Numbered from the stretch's first letter, positions 45,838-56,056 are shown. The stretch is DNA of 64,000 bases from a virus (IMGVR_UViG_2595698612_000001:10520-74519); one strand, 5' to 3'. Notes: generated from the sequence alone by a model not told the origin. A program made the numbers and translations.

Positions 45838-46317
45838 ATGGAAACCCTAACCGAGAAGCAACCACCTGAAGTCATTACTCCCGACACCGAGAACGCAACG
45901 TACTTCGACCCGAACGAACGAAACGCTGATTCTGACAAATTCAAGCGGCTGATGCTCTACAACCGGGGAACGTGGCTCGGCCCCGGCGAGGAAAACAAGA
46001 AGGTCACGCACCGACAGGACAACCTCGCAATCCTCGATTCCCTGAGCGGCCAGCTCGAACTAACTCCCTTCCAGAAGGGGAAAGCCCGACGAATCTATGA
46101 TGCTCTCGACCTCCAAGACCTCGGCAAGCCTGCTTGCCTCGTTGCTTTCGGCGTTTGCGCTCTCGTTGCTAACGACGACGTTCACGACGGGACTCGCTAC
46201 TGGCCGACCGCCAACGACACCTGCGAGCTGTTCGAGAACATCGCTGGCAACCTCGGGTTCACGGAGAATCAACAGCTCAGCATCATCCTCACCATCGACC
46301 ACCGGAGGCCGGAATGA
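45838..46317 (+). CDS. hypothetical protein (159 aa)
   Basis: Coding-like ORF. Confidence 0.45.
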   Translation: METLTEKQPPEVITPDTENATYFDPNERNADSDKFKRLMLYNRGTWLGPGEENKKVTHRQDNLAILDSLSGQLELTPFQKGKARRIYDALDLQDLGKPACLVAFGVCALVANDDVHDGTRYWPTANDTCELFENIAGNLGFTENQQLSIILTIDHRRPE

Positions 46318-46778
46318 GCGAGTTCACCATTCTCCGCGACACTCGGGAACACGAGGGCCACGGTTACTGGTTCGAGGACTACCCCGTGAAGGTGAAGGAG
46401 AAGAAGCTCCGCACCGGAGACTACGCCGTAGAGGAACTGGGCTACTACGGCAAGCACGGAACCTACGTCCCCCCGTTCGCCGTCGAACGGAAGGCGAAGG
46501 GTGACTTCCTTAACTCCATCACTCACGAACGCGACCGCTTCGAGCGGGAGCTGAAGCGAGCCGACGATTGGGAAGCCCCGATGCCGGTCGTGGTCGAAGC
46601 CCCGTGGCTTGACTTCACGCAAGGAAACTACTGGCGGAACATCAATCCCAACTCGATTATCGGGACGGTGGAGAAGTGGCCGGGCTACTACAACGTGGAC
46701 TTCTTCTTCAAGCCGACCGATACTGACGCAGAGAAATTCACCTACGAGTTCCTCAAATGGTGGAACAACCGTGGGTGA
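46314..46778 (+). CDS. ERCC4-type (XPF/Hef/Mus81-like) nuclease domain protein (154 aa)
   Basis: DTREHEG ... GDYAV ... FAVERKAKGDFLNSI: ERCC4 signature (DxRE, GDY, ERKxxxDFxxSI). Confidence 0.5.
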   Translation: MSEFTILRDTREHEGHGYWFEDYPVKVKEKKLRTGDYAVEELGYYGKHGTYVPPFAVERKAKGDFLNSITHERDRFERELKRADDWEAPMPVVVEAPWLDFTQGNYWRNINPNSIIGTVEKWPGYYNVDFFFKPTDTDAEKFTYEFLKWWNNRG

Positions 46779-47076
46779 ACGTGAACACCTCTGCCGACGA
46801 GTTTCTGCTCAAGCGTGATTGAATTACGATGCCGTAAAAGTCGCGTCTGACACTCTATGCTACTGCTCGTTACTGCCTGTACGTTTATCATACGTGGATA
46901 ACTCTACGACCTTTCCAAGATGCAAGATTACTCGGTCGGTCGCACTCAACTTCTCGCGGATAACAAGGGGAGAACGCGGGACGGCTGTTAGCTTCTTTCT
47001 CGTGCTGTGCAACCGCTGGTCGATGAAGGTAGACATTTGGTGCTTTGTCGTTCTGTGCGGTTGGAAGGCTGTGCCC

Positions 47077-47277
47077 CTACGCTCGAAGAACGTCAGACTG
47101 CGCGGCTTCGAGCGCAGAGACGGCCTCATCGAGATAATCTTCAGCGGCGTGACCGGCAATCTCGTCGTGACCTCTCACAAGGGAGAGAGCTTCAATAACA
47201 TCCGAGAAGAAATCCGCGACGTTTTCAGTATCCTGTTCCTCCACATCGAGTCCTGTTACGTTTGCCTGAATTTTCAT
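47077..47277 (-). CDS. hypothetical acidic protein (66 aa)
   Basis: Coding-like ORF. Confidence 0.3.
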   Translation of the reverse strand: MKIQANVTGLDVEEQDTENVADFFSDVIEALSLVRGHDEIAGHAAEDYLDEAVSALEAAQSDVLRA

Positions 47278-47289
47278 TAAGCCGTTGTC

Positions 47290-47452
47290 ACTCAGAGAAG
47301 CCGCTCTTTTTCCAGTTGCTTCTCAAGTTTTGCGCGTCGTTCTTCGTTTCGCTTCTCCGAGATTTCCTTCTGAAGAAGGAACACGGGAAGGAGTGCGACT
47401 ACCACGAGGAACATCGCCCCGAATACAGCGAGGCCAGCCATCACGTCACTCA
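47290..47452 (-). CDS. small membrane/coiled-coil peptide (~54 aa, not in track)
   Basis: MSDVMAGLAVFGAMFLVVVALLPVFLLQKEISEKRNEERRAKLEKQLEKERLL. Coordinates approximate. Confidence 0.3.
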
Positions 47453-47793
47453 TGGTTCTCAGACACCCACGTTACTGCCGTAGCGAGGGCGCTCATCATC
47501 TCCATGAAGTACGGCCCGGTCTGTTGAGGGAAGACGGGGTAGCCGTCCTCGATATACTCGTCGGGAGTCCCCTCGTTCACTATCTCGAACTCTCGAACGA
47601 CGATGTTGTATCCCTCGTCGGGGTCGTCGTTCTCAGGGTACACCTCCACTTCAACGCACTTCTCGTAGTTGACGAGCCGGAAGTCGTATCCCCCGGTGGC
47701 CCCGCTGATTGGGACGTACTCCCAATCGTACTTCGTGAGGTCGGGGCCGACGTGGTTGCCGGTCGTGTCGGTCTTGACCGCCACTACAACCAC
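47446..47793 (-). CDS. hypothetical protein (115 aa)
   Basis: Coding-like ORF. Confidence 0.4.
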   Translation of the reverse strand: MVVVAVKTDTTGNHVGPDLTKYDWEYVPISGATGGYDFRLVNYEKCVEVEVYPENDDPDEGYNIVVREFEIVNEGTPDEYIEDGYPVFPQQTGPYFMEMMSALATAVTWVSENHE

Positions 47794-48080
47794 CCGAGGT
47801 CTTCCGCAATATCCCTCCCGACCCTCGCCTTTCGCTCGGCGGCGTACTCATCCTCCTCGATGCTTTCGACCGCCGCGAGCCACGCTTGTCGGGCTTTCTC
47901 CTCGGGAATTACGGAGTGGGCGTTGCCCAAGTCAAGTTCCCGAACGTAGTAGTCGTAAGTCTCTGCTATCTCGGTGGACTCGTCGCCCGTGTTCGGAGCG
48001 AATCCCGCCGCGACCGCCGGGCAACAGCATCCACCAATCGTGTCCTTTCCGTAAGCGAAGTTCTTGTTTTGCGTACTCAT
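47784..48080 (-). CDS. hypothetical protein (98 aa)
   Basis: Coding-like ORF. Confidence 0.4.
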   Translation of the reverse strand: MSTQNKNFAYGKDTIGGCCCPAVAAGFAPNTGDESTEIAETYDYYVRELDLGNAHSVIPEEKARQAWLAAVESIEEDEYAAERKARVGRDIAEDLGWL

Positions 48081-48601
48081 TGTTTGTAGACGACCTCGTA
48101 CTTGTTACCGACTCGAACCCGAACGTACCCGTCACCGTAGTCGTTCGGCGGGTCAACGTCCAGAAGCTCGATTTCCTCGAAGTCCGTGATTTCCACGGCC
48201 ACCAGAGCGTCCTCGTACAGCCGCTCGATGAAGCCCCACTCGTTGTGGTGGTCTTCTTCCGATGCGAGGTAAGTCACGTCCGGCTCACCGTCGCGGAGCA
48301 GAATCACGCGCTCCACGTCGCACCGGAACCACCGGGTTTCCTCACACTCCCACCCCTCGCCGTAGCGACCTTCCGCATAGCCGCAGGCTTCGTGGAACAT
48401 CGCCGCTCCATCCTCGAAGATGGGGCCTTCGGTGTCCCACCACTCGTGTTCGTGGGAGTGGTCGGGCTGATTGTAAGGCGCTCGGGGGTCGTTCGCCGCC
48501 CCCGGTGGGTAGTTCCAGCCGAATTTCCCCATTAGTCTGAACACCTCGGACAACTTCGGCGGCTTCCGGGGACGGCTGGCTCCCTCCATGTGAACCCGCA
48601 A
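48077..48601 (-). CDS. hypothetical protein (174 aa; true start possibly internal)
   Basis: Coding-like ORF. Confidence 0.4.
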   Translation of the reverse strand: MRVHMEGASRPRKPPKLSEVFRLMGKFGWNYPPGAANDPRAPYNQPDHSHEHEWWDTEGPIFEDGAAMFHEACGYAEGRYGEGWECEETRWFRCDVERVILLRDGEPDVTYLASEEDHHNEWGFIERLYEDALVAVEITDFEEIELLDVDPPNDYGDGYVRVRVGNKYEVVYKQ

Positions 48602-48634
48602 CTGAAACAGCGGCGCTCTCGGTCGTTCGGGTTG

Positions 48635-48976
48635 TTACTCCGCATTAGTCACCTCCGCTCGGGGCGTCGAGGACGGCCCGTAGCTCAGGATAGCCGAGAA
48701 CGAGAGGGACTTTCGCTGACCACGATTCAGGTCGTGCTTCTCGGCGTGTTTCTCGACGATTTCTGTCTGCCGGTCGCCATCGAGGTAGTGTTCCGAGTAC
48801 CACCCGGAACCGTACTCGTCGGGGTTTTCCAGCACATCATCGAAATCGAGGGGCGGTTCTGCCTCCGCGTACATCTCACGGAGAACATCGTTGAGGACTT
48901 CTCGTAGGTTTGTCATAGGCTGAATCGCTCGTTCCACCGGGGATTGTCCATGAACGTCGTACCACAGTCGGGACAC
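48635..48976 (-). CDS. hypothetical protein (113 aa)
   Basis: Coding-like ORF. Confidence 0.4.
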   Translation of the reverse strand: MSRLWYDVHGQSPVERAIQPMTNLREVLNDVLREMYAEAEPPLDFDDVLENPDEYGSGWYSEHYLDGDRQTEIVEKHAEKHDLNRGQRKSLSFSAILSYGPSSTPRAEVTNAE

Positions 48977-49053
48977 TCGAACGTCGTCTCACGTCCGTCC
49001 TGTAACACGGCTGTACCGGGGCAGTTGACGCAGGAGCGTGTCTCTGCCATCAC

Positions 49054-49479
49054 TTACTTGTAGACGACCGGGGCGATTGCGAGGTACTTCTCGGAGTCCT
49101 CGGGCTTCACCACGAGAATGAAGTTCCACTCGGGGTGGATGAACAGCGCCTCCGTGTTCTCCCGAAGGTTCACGTCGAAGAACTCCTCGGCGTGGTCGAA
49201 GTAGGAGAACTGAACGCGAGTCTTCTTGCTCTCGTCGCCCTCCTCTGGGTAGAGGTCAACGTAGTGGCCGTTGTCCGTTCGCTGAACGTCCACCGGGTGT
49301 TCCGACGCGAGCTGGTAGTCCCACGTAATCCGCTTGTTCTTCTGCCTCAGGTCTTCGCCGTAGGTTCCGAGACAGACCGTGTTCTCATCGTTCTCGATTG
49401 CGCCTTCCAGCGTATCGGAGTTGACGCTACCGAACAGTTCCTCGAACTTCTCCTCATCTTTAGTAGTGGCAACACTCAT
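49054..49479 (-). CDS. hypothetical protein (141 aa)
   Basis: GAGTCTTTG motif 12 nt upstream of ATG. Confidence 0.45.
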   Translation of the reverse strand: MSVATTKDEEKFEELFGSVNSDTLEGAIENDENTVCLGTYGEDLRQKNKRITWDYQLASEHPVDVQRTDNGHYVDLYPEEGDESKKTRVQFSYFDHAEEFFDVNLRENTEALFIHPEWNFILVVKPEDSEKYLAIAPVVYK

Positions 49480-49481
49480 TA

Positions 49482-49904
49482 TTACTTCTCTGAGTCTTTG
49501 TCTCGAAGTTCGTACAACGTCTTCACGAACTCCGTCATATCCTCGAAGCTACTCCGTTCGACCTTCTCGCCGTCGTAGTAGGCCGATTGATTGTCTCGAA
49601 CCAAATCGAGGCAGTTGTCGCACAGTCCGTTCCGGGGGCCGGGAGTCTCGTTACCACAGACTTCGTAGTATTCACACTCCCAATCCTCCGGTCGGGGTTC
49701 AGCTCGGGTCTTGTGCTTCGTGTGGGTCGTATCGACGCCGAGCTTGTCCATCCAGTAGGAGATTGTCCCGGCGGAACAGCCGAGTTCGTCTCCCATCTCG
49801 GACTGGTCAAGCCCTTCGTCGTGGTACAACTCGTGGAGAACGTCGGCGTCCTTCCACGCTTCCTCCTCGGGGATTTCCGCCCCGAAGTCAGCGAGCGTAC
49901 TCAT
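49482..49904 (-). CDS. HTH transcriptional regulator with Cys-rich C-terminus (140 aa)
   Basis: LDQSEMGDELGCSAGTISYWMDKLG helix-turn-helix-like; CxxC pairs. Confidence 0.45.
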   Translation of the reverse strand: MSTLADFGAEIPEEEAWKDADVLHELYHDEGLDQSEMGDELGCSAGTISYWMDKLGVDTTHTKHKTRAEPRPEDWECEYYEVCGNETPGPRNGLCDNCLDLVRDNQSAYYDGEKVERSSFEDMTEFVKTLYELRDKDSEK

Positions 49905-50080
49905 TAGTGAAGCCTCCGTTCTTTGAACTCCTCGATGTGGATAGACTCGAACTGTTCCTCACCGTCCTCGTACCCCACGGAACACCACACGTAGGGATGC
50001 TCCGGGGACGGCCCGGCCTTCACGAGAACGCGACCGTAGCCTTCGAGGTCGTAGCCGCTTCCTTTTGATGGTGCTTTCAT
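49904..50080 (-). CDS. hypothetical protein (~58 aa, start trimmed to MKAPSKG)
   Basis: ATGA overlap with the upstream zinc-ribbon ORF. Confidence 0.35.
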   Translation of the reverse strand: MKAPSKGSGYDLEGYGRVLVKAGPSPEHPYVWCSVGYEDGEEQFESIHIEEFKERRLH

Positions 50081-50214
50081 ATCTTTTCCAGCTCCTTCTT
50101 GCCGCACTTGAAGCAGATGTAGCTCGCGTTCCCTTCGTCGTCGTATCTCAGTCCGAATACGATTCCGTGGGAACCGTTCTCCCGAGCCGATTCGCCGCAC
50201 TCGGTACACGGCAT
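50077..50214 (-). CDS. zinc-ribbon peptide (~45 aa, not in track)
   Basis: MPCTECGESAREN...ICFKCGKKELEK has two CxxC pairs. Coordinates approximate. Confidence 0.3.
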   Translation of the reverse strand: MPCTECGESARENGSHGIVFGLRYDDEGNASYICFKCGKKELEKI

Positions 50215-50364
50215 TAGTCTACGACGCCGTGTTCATCGGGTTCATCCCCTCGTTGCCCTCCATCCAGAAGATAGGGAAGGGGTGAGTCGGGAGTAACAAT
50301 TCGGGAGGACATACCGAAGCTAATTGCCTCGGGTTCAACTCCTGTTCTTTCGGAACGCGACACC

Positions 50365-50631
50365 TTACCACCAGCCCTCGAATCCCATCACTTGACGGGC
50401 GAGATTGTCGATTGAATCCCGACCGCTGAGGAAAAGGACGTTCGACACCATCTGCTTGATAGCATCGAGGCGGGGGAATCGGGCGTTCCGAACCTCCATC
50501 CACTTGTTCACCACCGACCGGATAGACCGGGCGGAGTCGTAGAACGCCGTCACCAGTTCAGCCGAGAACTGTCGGGCGAGGTTCCACGCTTCGAGCTGTT
50601 CGAGGTAGCGTCCGTGTAGTCCGTTGTTCAT
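50365..50631 (-). CDS. hypothetical protein (88 aa)
   Basis: Coding-like ORF. Confidence 0.4.
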   Translation of the reverse strand: MNNGLHGRYLEQLEAWNLARQFSAELVTAFYDSARSIRSVVNKWMEVRNARFPRLDAIKQMVSNVLFLSGRDSIDNLARQVMGFEGWW

Positions 50632-51030
50632 CTAAATAGTCACCTCCGGGGCGTGTTCGGGCCGAGTCGCGTTGATGCGGTACTCCCCGAACACTTCGAG
50701 CAGGATTGCTCGGTTGTTGTAGTCGGCGCGACCCCACGCTCGGTAGAGGTCGCCGTCCCACAGCGCCGAGAAGAAGTCACCGCCGTAGTGGGTGAAGTCC
50801 TCGGCCTTCTCCTCAGTCAGCGACTCCCACTCGCGGAGGTACTTCTTGACCTCCACGAGAGCGGAGTTGCGGGTCACGGCCTTGCCGTCGTCTCGCGTGC
50901 TTTCCATCGAGGTTACGTCGAACGAGCAGACCTCGATGAGTCGTTCGTCGGCTCCGGCCCACCGGAGTAGGCGTCGTTCGTGGTCGGTCAGGTCGGGCGT
51001 CGGGTCGGTGAAGTCGGTGAGTTCTGTCAT
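50632..51030 (-). CDS. hypothetical protein (132 aa)
   Basis: Coding-like ORF. Confidence 0.45.
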   Translation of the reverse strand: MTELTDFTDPTPDLTDHERRLLRWAGADERLIEVCSFDVTSMESTRDDGKAVTRNSALVEVKKYLREWESLTEEKAEDFTHYGGDFFSALWDGDLYRAWGRADYNNRAILLEVFGEYRINATRPEHAPEVTI

Positions 51031-51079
51031 TGTTTGTGTTCTCCTAAGACTCAGAGTAGTATCTATAAGTCTTTATCGG

Positions 51080-52876
51080 TTATCGCCACGGTGCGGCTTC
51101 CGGGTCGTTCCAATGCTCCGGGGGTTCATCCCGAATCGCCTCGGTGAACCACTCCGGCGGCTTCGTCCGGTTCATCAGCTTGTTGAACGCCCCGTCGATG
51201 ACGTAGTACGACGCGGCTTCACTCGGTTCGGGGCCACGAACGGCGCGACCCACGGACTGCTGAACATCGAGGGAAGCGGATTCCATATACCACTTCCAGT
51301 CGTTCCGCTCATCGAGCAGGTAGGACACTCGGCTGTCCCCGAGGTACGGGTAGGGAACCTTCAGGAGAACCTGCCACCGGCAACGGTCGCCGTAGAGGTC
51401 AACGCCCTCCATCATCGACGGGGAGATGAGAATGTCCTTGTCGGAGTTAACCCACTCCTCAATCATCTCCTCCTTGTCCTTCTCTTGGTCTTGAACGATA
51501 GCGTTCTCACTCCCAAGAGACGCGCCAAGCTTCTCCGCTCGCTTGTAGGAGTTCGTGTGAATCAGTCCCTTTTCGCCCTCGTGGTGACTGTGAATCTCGT
51601 TGATAGTGCGAATCACCTTCGACCAGTTGCGGTCTTCGCCGTCTCCACTCATCGAGCCGACGATGGTGTTCGTGTGGATGAGTCGGTGTTCCTCGGGGAA
51701 CGGCATCGTCCGGCTGATGAGCTTCGTAGAACCTTCGAGGCCAATCCGGTCGGCCCACTCTGCGATGTTCTCCCGGTAGGGAATCGTAGCCGACGAGATA
51801 ACGCGCTTCCGACCACGGCTCCAAATGAACCGTTCGAGGAACTTGTCCACGTCCACCGGACTAACGACCATCTTCTTCTGGTGGGACTTCCCGAACTTGC
51901 TAACCGTCACAGTCCACGGTCGGTCTTCCTTCACTTCTCGGTGGCAGTATTCGACCTTCTTGATGAAGTCCTTACATTGGTCAACCTCTGCCTGTCGGTT
52001 CGGGTCTTCGTCGTGTCGGTCAACGAAGTTCGTCGCCCGGTCGTAGAGGCTGTTGAGGATGGGTGTAATGTCCTCGAACCGCTCGAAGTCCCACGAAATC
52101 CGGTCGCCCGTGTTCCGGTAGACCTCGTTCGGGAGAACCCACGGCGAGATAGTGAACCCCGCGAACAACGAAGCCACTTGGCTTTCGAGGCCGTGTCCTT
52201 CGTCCACAATCACGAGGTCGCGGTTATCGAAGGAAATCTGCGCCTCTTGAACCTGATTCACCATAATCGTCGTCGGGAGGTAGTTGTCCACGACGAGCAT
52301 AGCGAACGTGAGCGCCGCTATGTCGGCGTCCATCGCTCGGGCCTTCGCTCGCCAGTAGGTACACCCGGCGATTGTTCGGCAGGACTCTCCCTCCGTCTCG
52401 TCGGCCAGCGTACAGTCCTTACAGTTGTCGCCGCTCGCCCCGCAGATGTAGTCCTGCCGGGACTTCAACATCGTGACGTATTCCTGAAGGTCAACGTCGT
52501 TGGCGAGCTGGTTTCGGAGTTGCTTCTGTGGGGTCGTGTAGAACGATTTGCCCCCGTCGATGCCGTAGAGCTTGTAGTTGAAGTGGTCTTCAATCCGGCT
52601 CTTGTTCTTAGCGAGGTGGGAAACCACCCGGCCAAGCGTCACGTTGATGGGAGACTTCCCAATCCCGGTGGGGCCGTCGATTACGACGTTCGTGTGACCG
52701 TCGATGAACAGGGCTTCGAGAGCATCCTTTAGGATTTCATCTTGGTAGTCACGGTATCCGGGGAAGGGGAACAGGTCGTCAGCGAGGTCGAACAGGTACT
52801 CGCGGAGGCCGTCCCGGTTCCTCGAATAGTTAGCTAACGGTTCTACTCTCTGGTTCTGGATTGCTGTTGTGGACAT
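51080..52876 (-). CDS. XPD/Rad3/DinG-family Fe-S DNA helicase (598 aa)
   Basis: Walker A VIDGPTGIGKS, four-Cys Fe-S insert (CGASGDNCKDCT...CRTIAGC), DEAH-type LVIVDEGH, C-terminal helicase motifs. Confidence 0.75.
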   Translation of the reverse strand: MSTTAIQNQRVEPLANYSRNRDGLREYLFDLADDLFPFPGYRDYQDEILKDALEALFIDGHTNVVIDGPTGIGKSPINVTLGRVVSHLAKNKSRIEDHFNYKLYGIDGGKSFYTTPQKQLRNQLANDVDLQEYVTMLKSRQDYICGASGDNCKDCTLADETEGESCRTIAGCTYWRAKARAMDADIAALTFAMLVVDNYLPTTIMVNQVQEAQISFDNRDLVIVDEGHGLESQVASLFAGFTISPWVLPNEVYRNTGDRISWDFERFEDITPILNSLYDRATNFVDRHDEDPNRQAEVDQCKDFIKKVEYCHREVKEDRPWTVTVSKFGKSHQKKMVVSPVDVDKFLERFIWSRGRKRVISSATIPYRENIAEWADRIGLEGSTKLISRTMPFPEEHRLIHTNTIVGSMSGDGEDRNWSKVIRTINEIHSHHEGEKGLIHTNSYKRAEKLGASLGSENAIVQDQEKDKEEMIEEWVNSDKDILISPSMMEGVDLYGDRCRWQVLLKVPYPYLGDSRVSYLLDERNDWKWYMESASLDVQQSVGRAVRGPEPSEAASYYVIDGAFNKLMNRTKPPEWFTEAIRDEPPEHWNDPEAAPWR

Positions 52877-52955
52877 TTCTTAGAAGGTTCTGGTCAGCTC
52901 GTCACAGCCGGGGCGACCAACTCCCGACGACGCCCCAAAGTGGGGCGTTTCGCCG

Positions 52956-53165
52956 TTACCGCGTCGTGTAGATTTCCTCTCCGCGTTCCATGTCGTAGAG
53001 GGAAACAATCCCTCGATGTAGGTGAACACCGAGTTCGTAAGCGTCTCCGTCAGCCTCGAACTCCATCTGGAACCAATCGCCCTCGGTCTTAACGTAGACC
53101 TCAGGCCGATTCGGGAGAGCGTTCAGAATGTCCAGTACGTCCTCGCTCCGCATTTCGTTGCTCAT
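52956..53165 (-). CDS. hypothetical protein (69 aa)
   Basis: Coding-like ORF. Confidence 0.4.
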   Translation of the reverse strand: MSNEMRSEDVLDILNALPNRPEVYVKTEGDWFQMEFEADGDAYELGVHLHRGIVSLYDMERGEEIYTTR

Positions 53166-53507
53166 TTTGTGGATTCTGCCATTCTCGGCGCTCTATGTTG
53201 ATTATCTCCGATACATCCCGTCGCGGAGCGGATTTTCCACGACGCCGCCAGCAAGCCTTTCGACGGAGGGAGTAAAAATACTCGTAGTCGGCTTGCTCTA
53301 TCTTCTCAATGTCTTCTCCTTCCATACTACCGTAAGTGACACCGCAGGTTGTTCGTCAGTAGTTACTACGTGGCGACAGCTCGCCGCCGAGTCCCGCTGG
53401 CTCCGCCCTCGGAACCGGGCACTTCGTCGGTTCGAGCGTCATTTGGTCAACCCCGTGCTTCGAGAGGGGTTCACCACACCGACCACACCGCTCGTCGTCT
53501 CGGGGCA

Positions 53508-53837
53508 TTACGATTCTGCCTCGAACCAGAACTTCACCCCGACGCCCTTCCCGGTGAGGGTTGCGAACTTGAACTCGAACCCGAAGTCCGAGAGCGTGTT
53601 TCGCTCCGTGTTCATCAGGATGTGGGAGGACAGTTCGCCTTCCCCATCCCGCCACGGTTGGTGAGGAATCAGAATCATCTGAACGTCCCCCATCCGGCCT
53701 CGGCGGAGGTGACTCAGTTCACCGAACCGCTCAGGAAGCTCGTCGAGGATTTGTTCTTCGAGGGCGTCGTAGTCCACGTCCTCGGTCGTCGTCTCGTCGG
53801 TGCTGGTGCTGTCGGTCGTGCTGGTGGTCGTACTCAT
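53508..53837 (-). CDS. hypothetical protein (~109 aa, start trimmed to MSTTTSTTD)
   Basis: Thr/Ser-rich N-terminus then acidic domain. Confidence 0.35.
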   Translation of the reverse strand: MSTTTSTTDSTSTDETTTEDVDYDALEEQILDELPERFGELSHLRRGRMGDVQMILIPHQPWRDGEGELSSHILMNTERNTLSDFGFEFKFATLTGKGVGVKFWFEAES

Positions 53838-53844
53838 TGTAGGA

Positions 53845-54498
53845 TTACTCGCTGGTTTCTCGCTCTCGTTCCCTCCGGGCGCAGATGTTATCGAGGAACA
53901 GCTTGAGCGAATACTCGGGAATCGGTCGGTCGGCGTTCTCCACGGCAACCCGTGGGCTGATTACCTCGAACGGCTCGCCGTCCGGGTCGTACATCCGCCA
54001 CTCTCCTTGACCGAGAGCTTCGAGAGTGTACGTCACCGGGTCTTTCGAGGACAGCCGGATGTAGTAGTCGTACTCGTACCGGACTCCCTTCGAGTGAAGC
54101 GGCCCTTCGAGCAGTTGTATCGCTTCACCCAAATCCTCACGGGTTTCCTCGATGAAGCGGAGCTTCGTGATGATGTCGTTGTAGAACCCGGCGAGGGCGA
54201 GTTGCTGAACGGACTCCTGTTGGTCTTCCGGGTCGTTGTAGAACCGCTCACCACCCTCGTTGTAGAACCCCTCCTCGGCGTGATAGATTACACACCGCTG
54301 GTAATACTGAATCAGCTCGTGGTTCTCCACGGCGGCTTCAGCGATAGCCCACAGAGGGACTTCCTCGGGTAACTCCTCCGGGTCGTAGCCCGTGGTGCGT
54401 ATCTCCTCCCCACCTTCCATCGCGTAGTCGTAGTATCGCTTTGCCGTTGCCTGTACCTCTCGGATGTAACTCTCGAATGAATCGTACTTGTTAGTCAT
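53845..54498 (-). CDS. hypothetical protein (217 aa)
   Basis: Coding-like ORF. Confidence 0.45.
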   Translation of the reverse strand: MTNKYDSFESYIREVQATAKRYYDYAMEGGEEIRTTGYDPEELPEEVPLWAIAEAAVENHELIQYYQRCVIYHAEEGFYNEGGERFYNDPEDQQESVQQLALAGFYNDIITKLRFIEETREDLGEAIQLLEGPLHSKGVRYEYDYYIRLSSKDPVTYTLEALGQGEWRMYDPDGEPFEVISPRVAVENADRPIPEYSLKLFLDNICARRERERETSE

Positions 54499-54505
54499 AG
54501 TCTGA

Positions 54506-54955
54506 TTACCGCCGGAGTCCCTTCATCGACGGGCAACCCGCCTCGATGTAGCTGAACAGAGCGCAGGTGTAGAAGTCCTGCTTGAACCGCCACGGAGTGT
54601 GGGGGTGGTTCACCATCGCTTCCATCTCGTAGAACAGCGTCGGGGTGACGCTGGCCGTGAGCTGGTTCTCGCTCGTTCTGTTAGCGACTTCCAGAATCTC
54701 CTCAACGTCACGAGTCTCCCCGGTCGCATCGAGGTAGAACAGAAGCGCGTCGTTCACGAACTGACTGACGCTCCGCCACTTCGCGCTCCGAATCGCCGTC
54801 TCGGTCACGTAGTTCTTGACCTTATCGTTGACCGTGACGGGAACCGACGCCGTTCGGTTCTCATCGGTCGTCTTGAACTTGTAGGTGACTGCTTCGCTCG
54901 GGGTGTGGTCGTCGTACAGTTCAGCGTCGGCTTCCGTTGCGGTGTTTGCGGCCAT
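54506..54955 (-). CDS. ribbon-helix-helix (CopG-like) DNA-binding protein (149 aa)
   Basis: ASVPVTVNDKVKNYVTETAIRSAKWRSVSQFVNDALLFYLDA fits strand-helix-helix. Confidence 0.4.
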   Translation of the reverse strand: MAANTATEADAELYDDHTPSEAVTYKFKTTDENRTASVPVTVNDKVKNYVTETAIRSAKWRSVSQFVNDALLFYLDATGETRDVEEILEVANRTSENQLTASVTPTLFYEMEAMVNHPHTPWRFKQDFYTCALFSYIEAGCPSMKGLRR

Positions 54956-55195
54956 AGTAGACTCGTTGTTTGCTCCTCCGCCTTTCCGTGGCTGGCATCA
55001 TCAGACTACCCGAACCACCGGGTAGTGACACCCCTCGATGGGGTGTTTCGCCATTAGAATATCTCAGGTCGAACTACCTCGAACACGATTATCGCAATCC
55101 AGAGAACGAAGGACGCAAGAAGAACCTCAGCAGGAATCATACCGGGACAGCGGCCCCGCCGCCACCCCGTCGCTTGAAGAACTCTCGTAGGAGGT

Positions 55196-56047
55196 CTACC
55201 ACAGTTCCACCCCCGGAGTGTCCACGTACAGCGGGCCGATTAGTTCGGCCACCTCGCTGAAGTTCTCGGGTTTCACGATGAAGCCCCGCCAAGCGAGACT
55301 GAACTTCCCGAGGTCGCGCTCCTTCAGCTCGTCGTCCAAGACTCGGCAGATGTGTTCGTTGTAGAGCCGGGGAACCACGAAGAACCCCTGAGGGAACTGT
55401 TCTATCTGGAAGGTCGTCGGCTTCTCCTTCACGAGTGAACCCCACAGGTGGGTCTTCTCCGGGTCGCCGCCGTGTTGGGAAACCCACATCTGAGTCACGA
55501 GGCTCCGGTAGCGTTCGTGGGTGTGGAGGGCTTCGACGTTCCTCGGTTCCTTCAACACATCGAGGGTGTCTATCTCATCGAGGTGGTGCTTGAGGTCGTC
55601 CACCACGAGGGCCTTTGCGATGTTCTGGTTCAGCTCCCTCATCGTCCCGTAGAGGGTGTCCGACGCCCATCCATCCTCCACGGTCTGCTCGATTGTCTCC
55701 GGGTCGAGAACGAACCGCCGGTAGTAGCCCCACACCTTCCCACCGACCGACTCGTAATACTGCTCGATGCGTCCGAACTCCGTCTCCCACACCTTCGGGT
55801 CGTCGTTAGCGGCCTCGAAGTCGGGGCGGTTCTCGTAAATCGTCTTGCTCTTGCCGTTGAAGATTTCCCGAATCCAGAAGTCGTCGTAGAGGGGCTTCGG
55901 GTCGTCCGGGTCAGTCAGTTGACCGGCCTTCCACACCGGATGAACCGGGTCGTCGGGCTTCAGGGTCGTCGTTCCGACGTGTTTGTTCTTCTTGAGTTCG
56001 ACTAACGATTCTCCGGCCTTCGTCTCGATAGCAGTTGGAACGCTCAT
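55196..56047 (-). CDS. hypothetical protein (283 aa)
   Basis: Long coding ORF. TTTAAAGACTC abuts the ATG. Confidence 0.5.
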   Translation of the reverse strand: MSVPTAIETKAGESLVELKKNKHVGTTTLKPDDPVHPVWKAGQLTDPDDPKPLYDDFWIREIFNGKSKTIYENRPDFEAANDDPKVWETEFGRIEQYYESVGGKVWGYYRRFVLDPETIEQTVEDGWASDTLYGTMRELNQNIAKALVVDDLKHHLDEIDTLDVLKEPRNVEALHTHERYRSLVTQMWVSQHGGDPEKTHLWGSLVKEKPTTFQIEQFPQGFFVVPRLYNEHICRVLDDELKERDLGKFSLAWRGFIVKPENFSEVAELIGPLYVDTPGVELW

Positions 56048-56056
56048 TTTGAGTCT

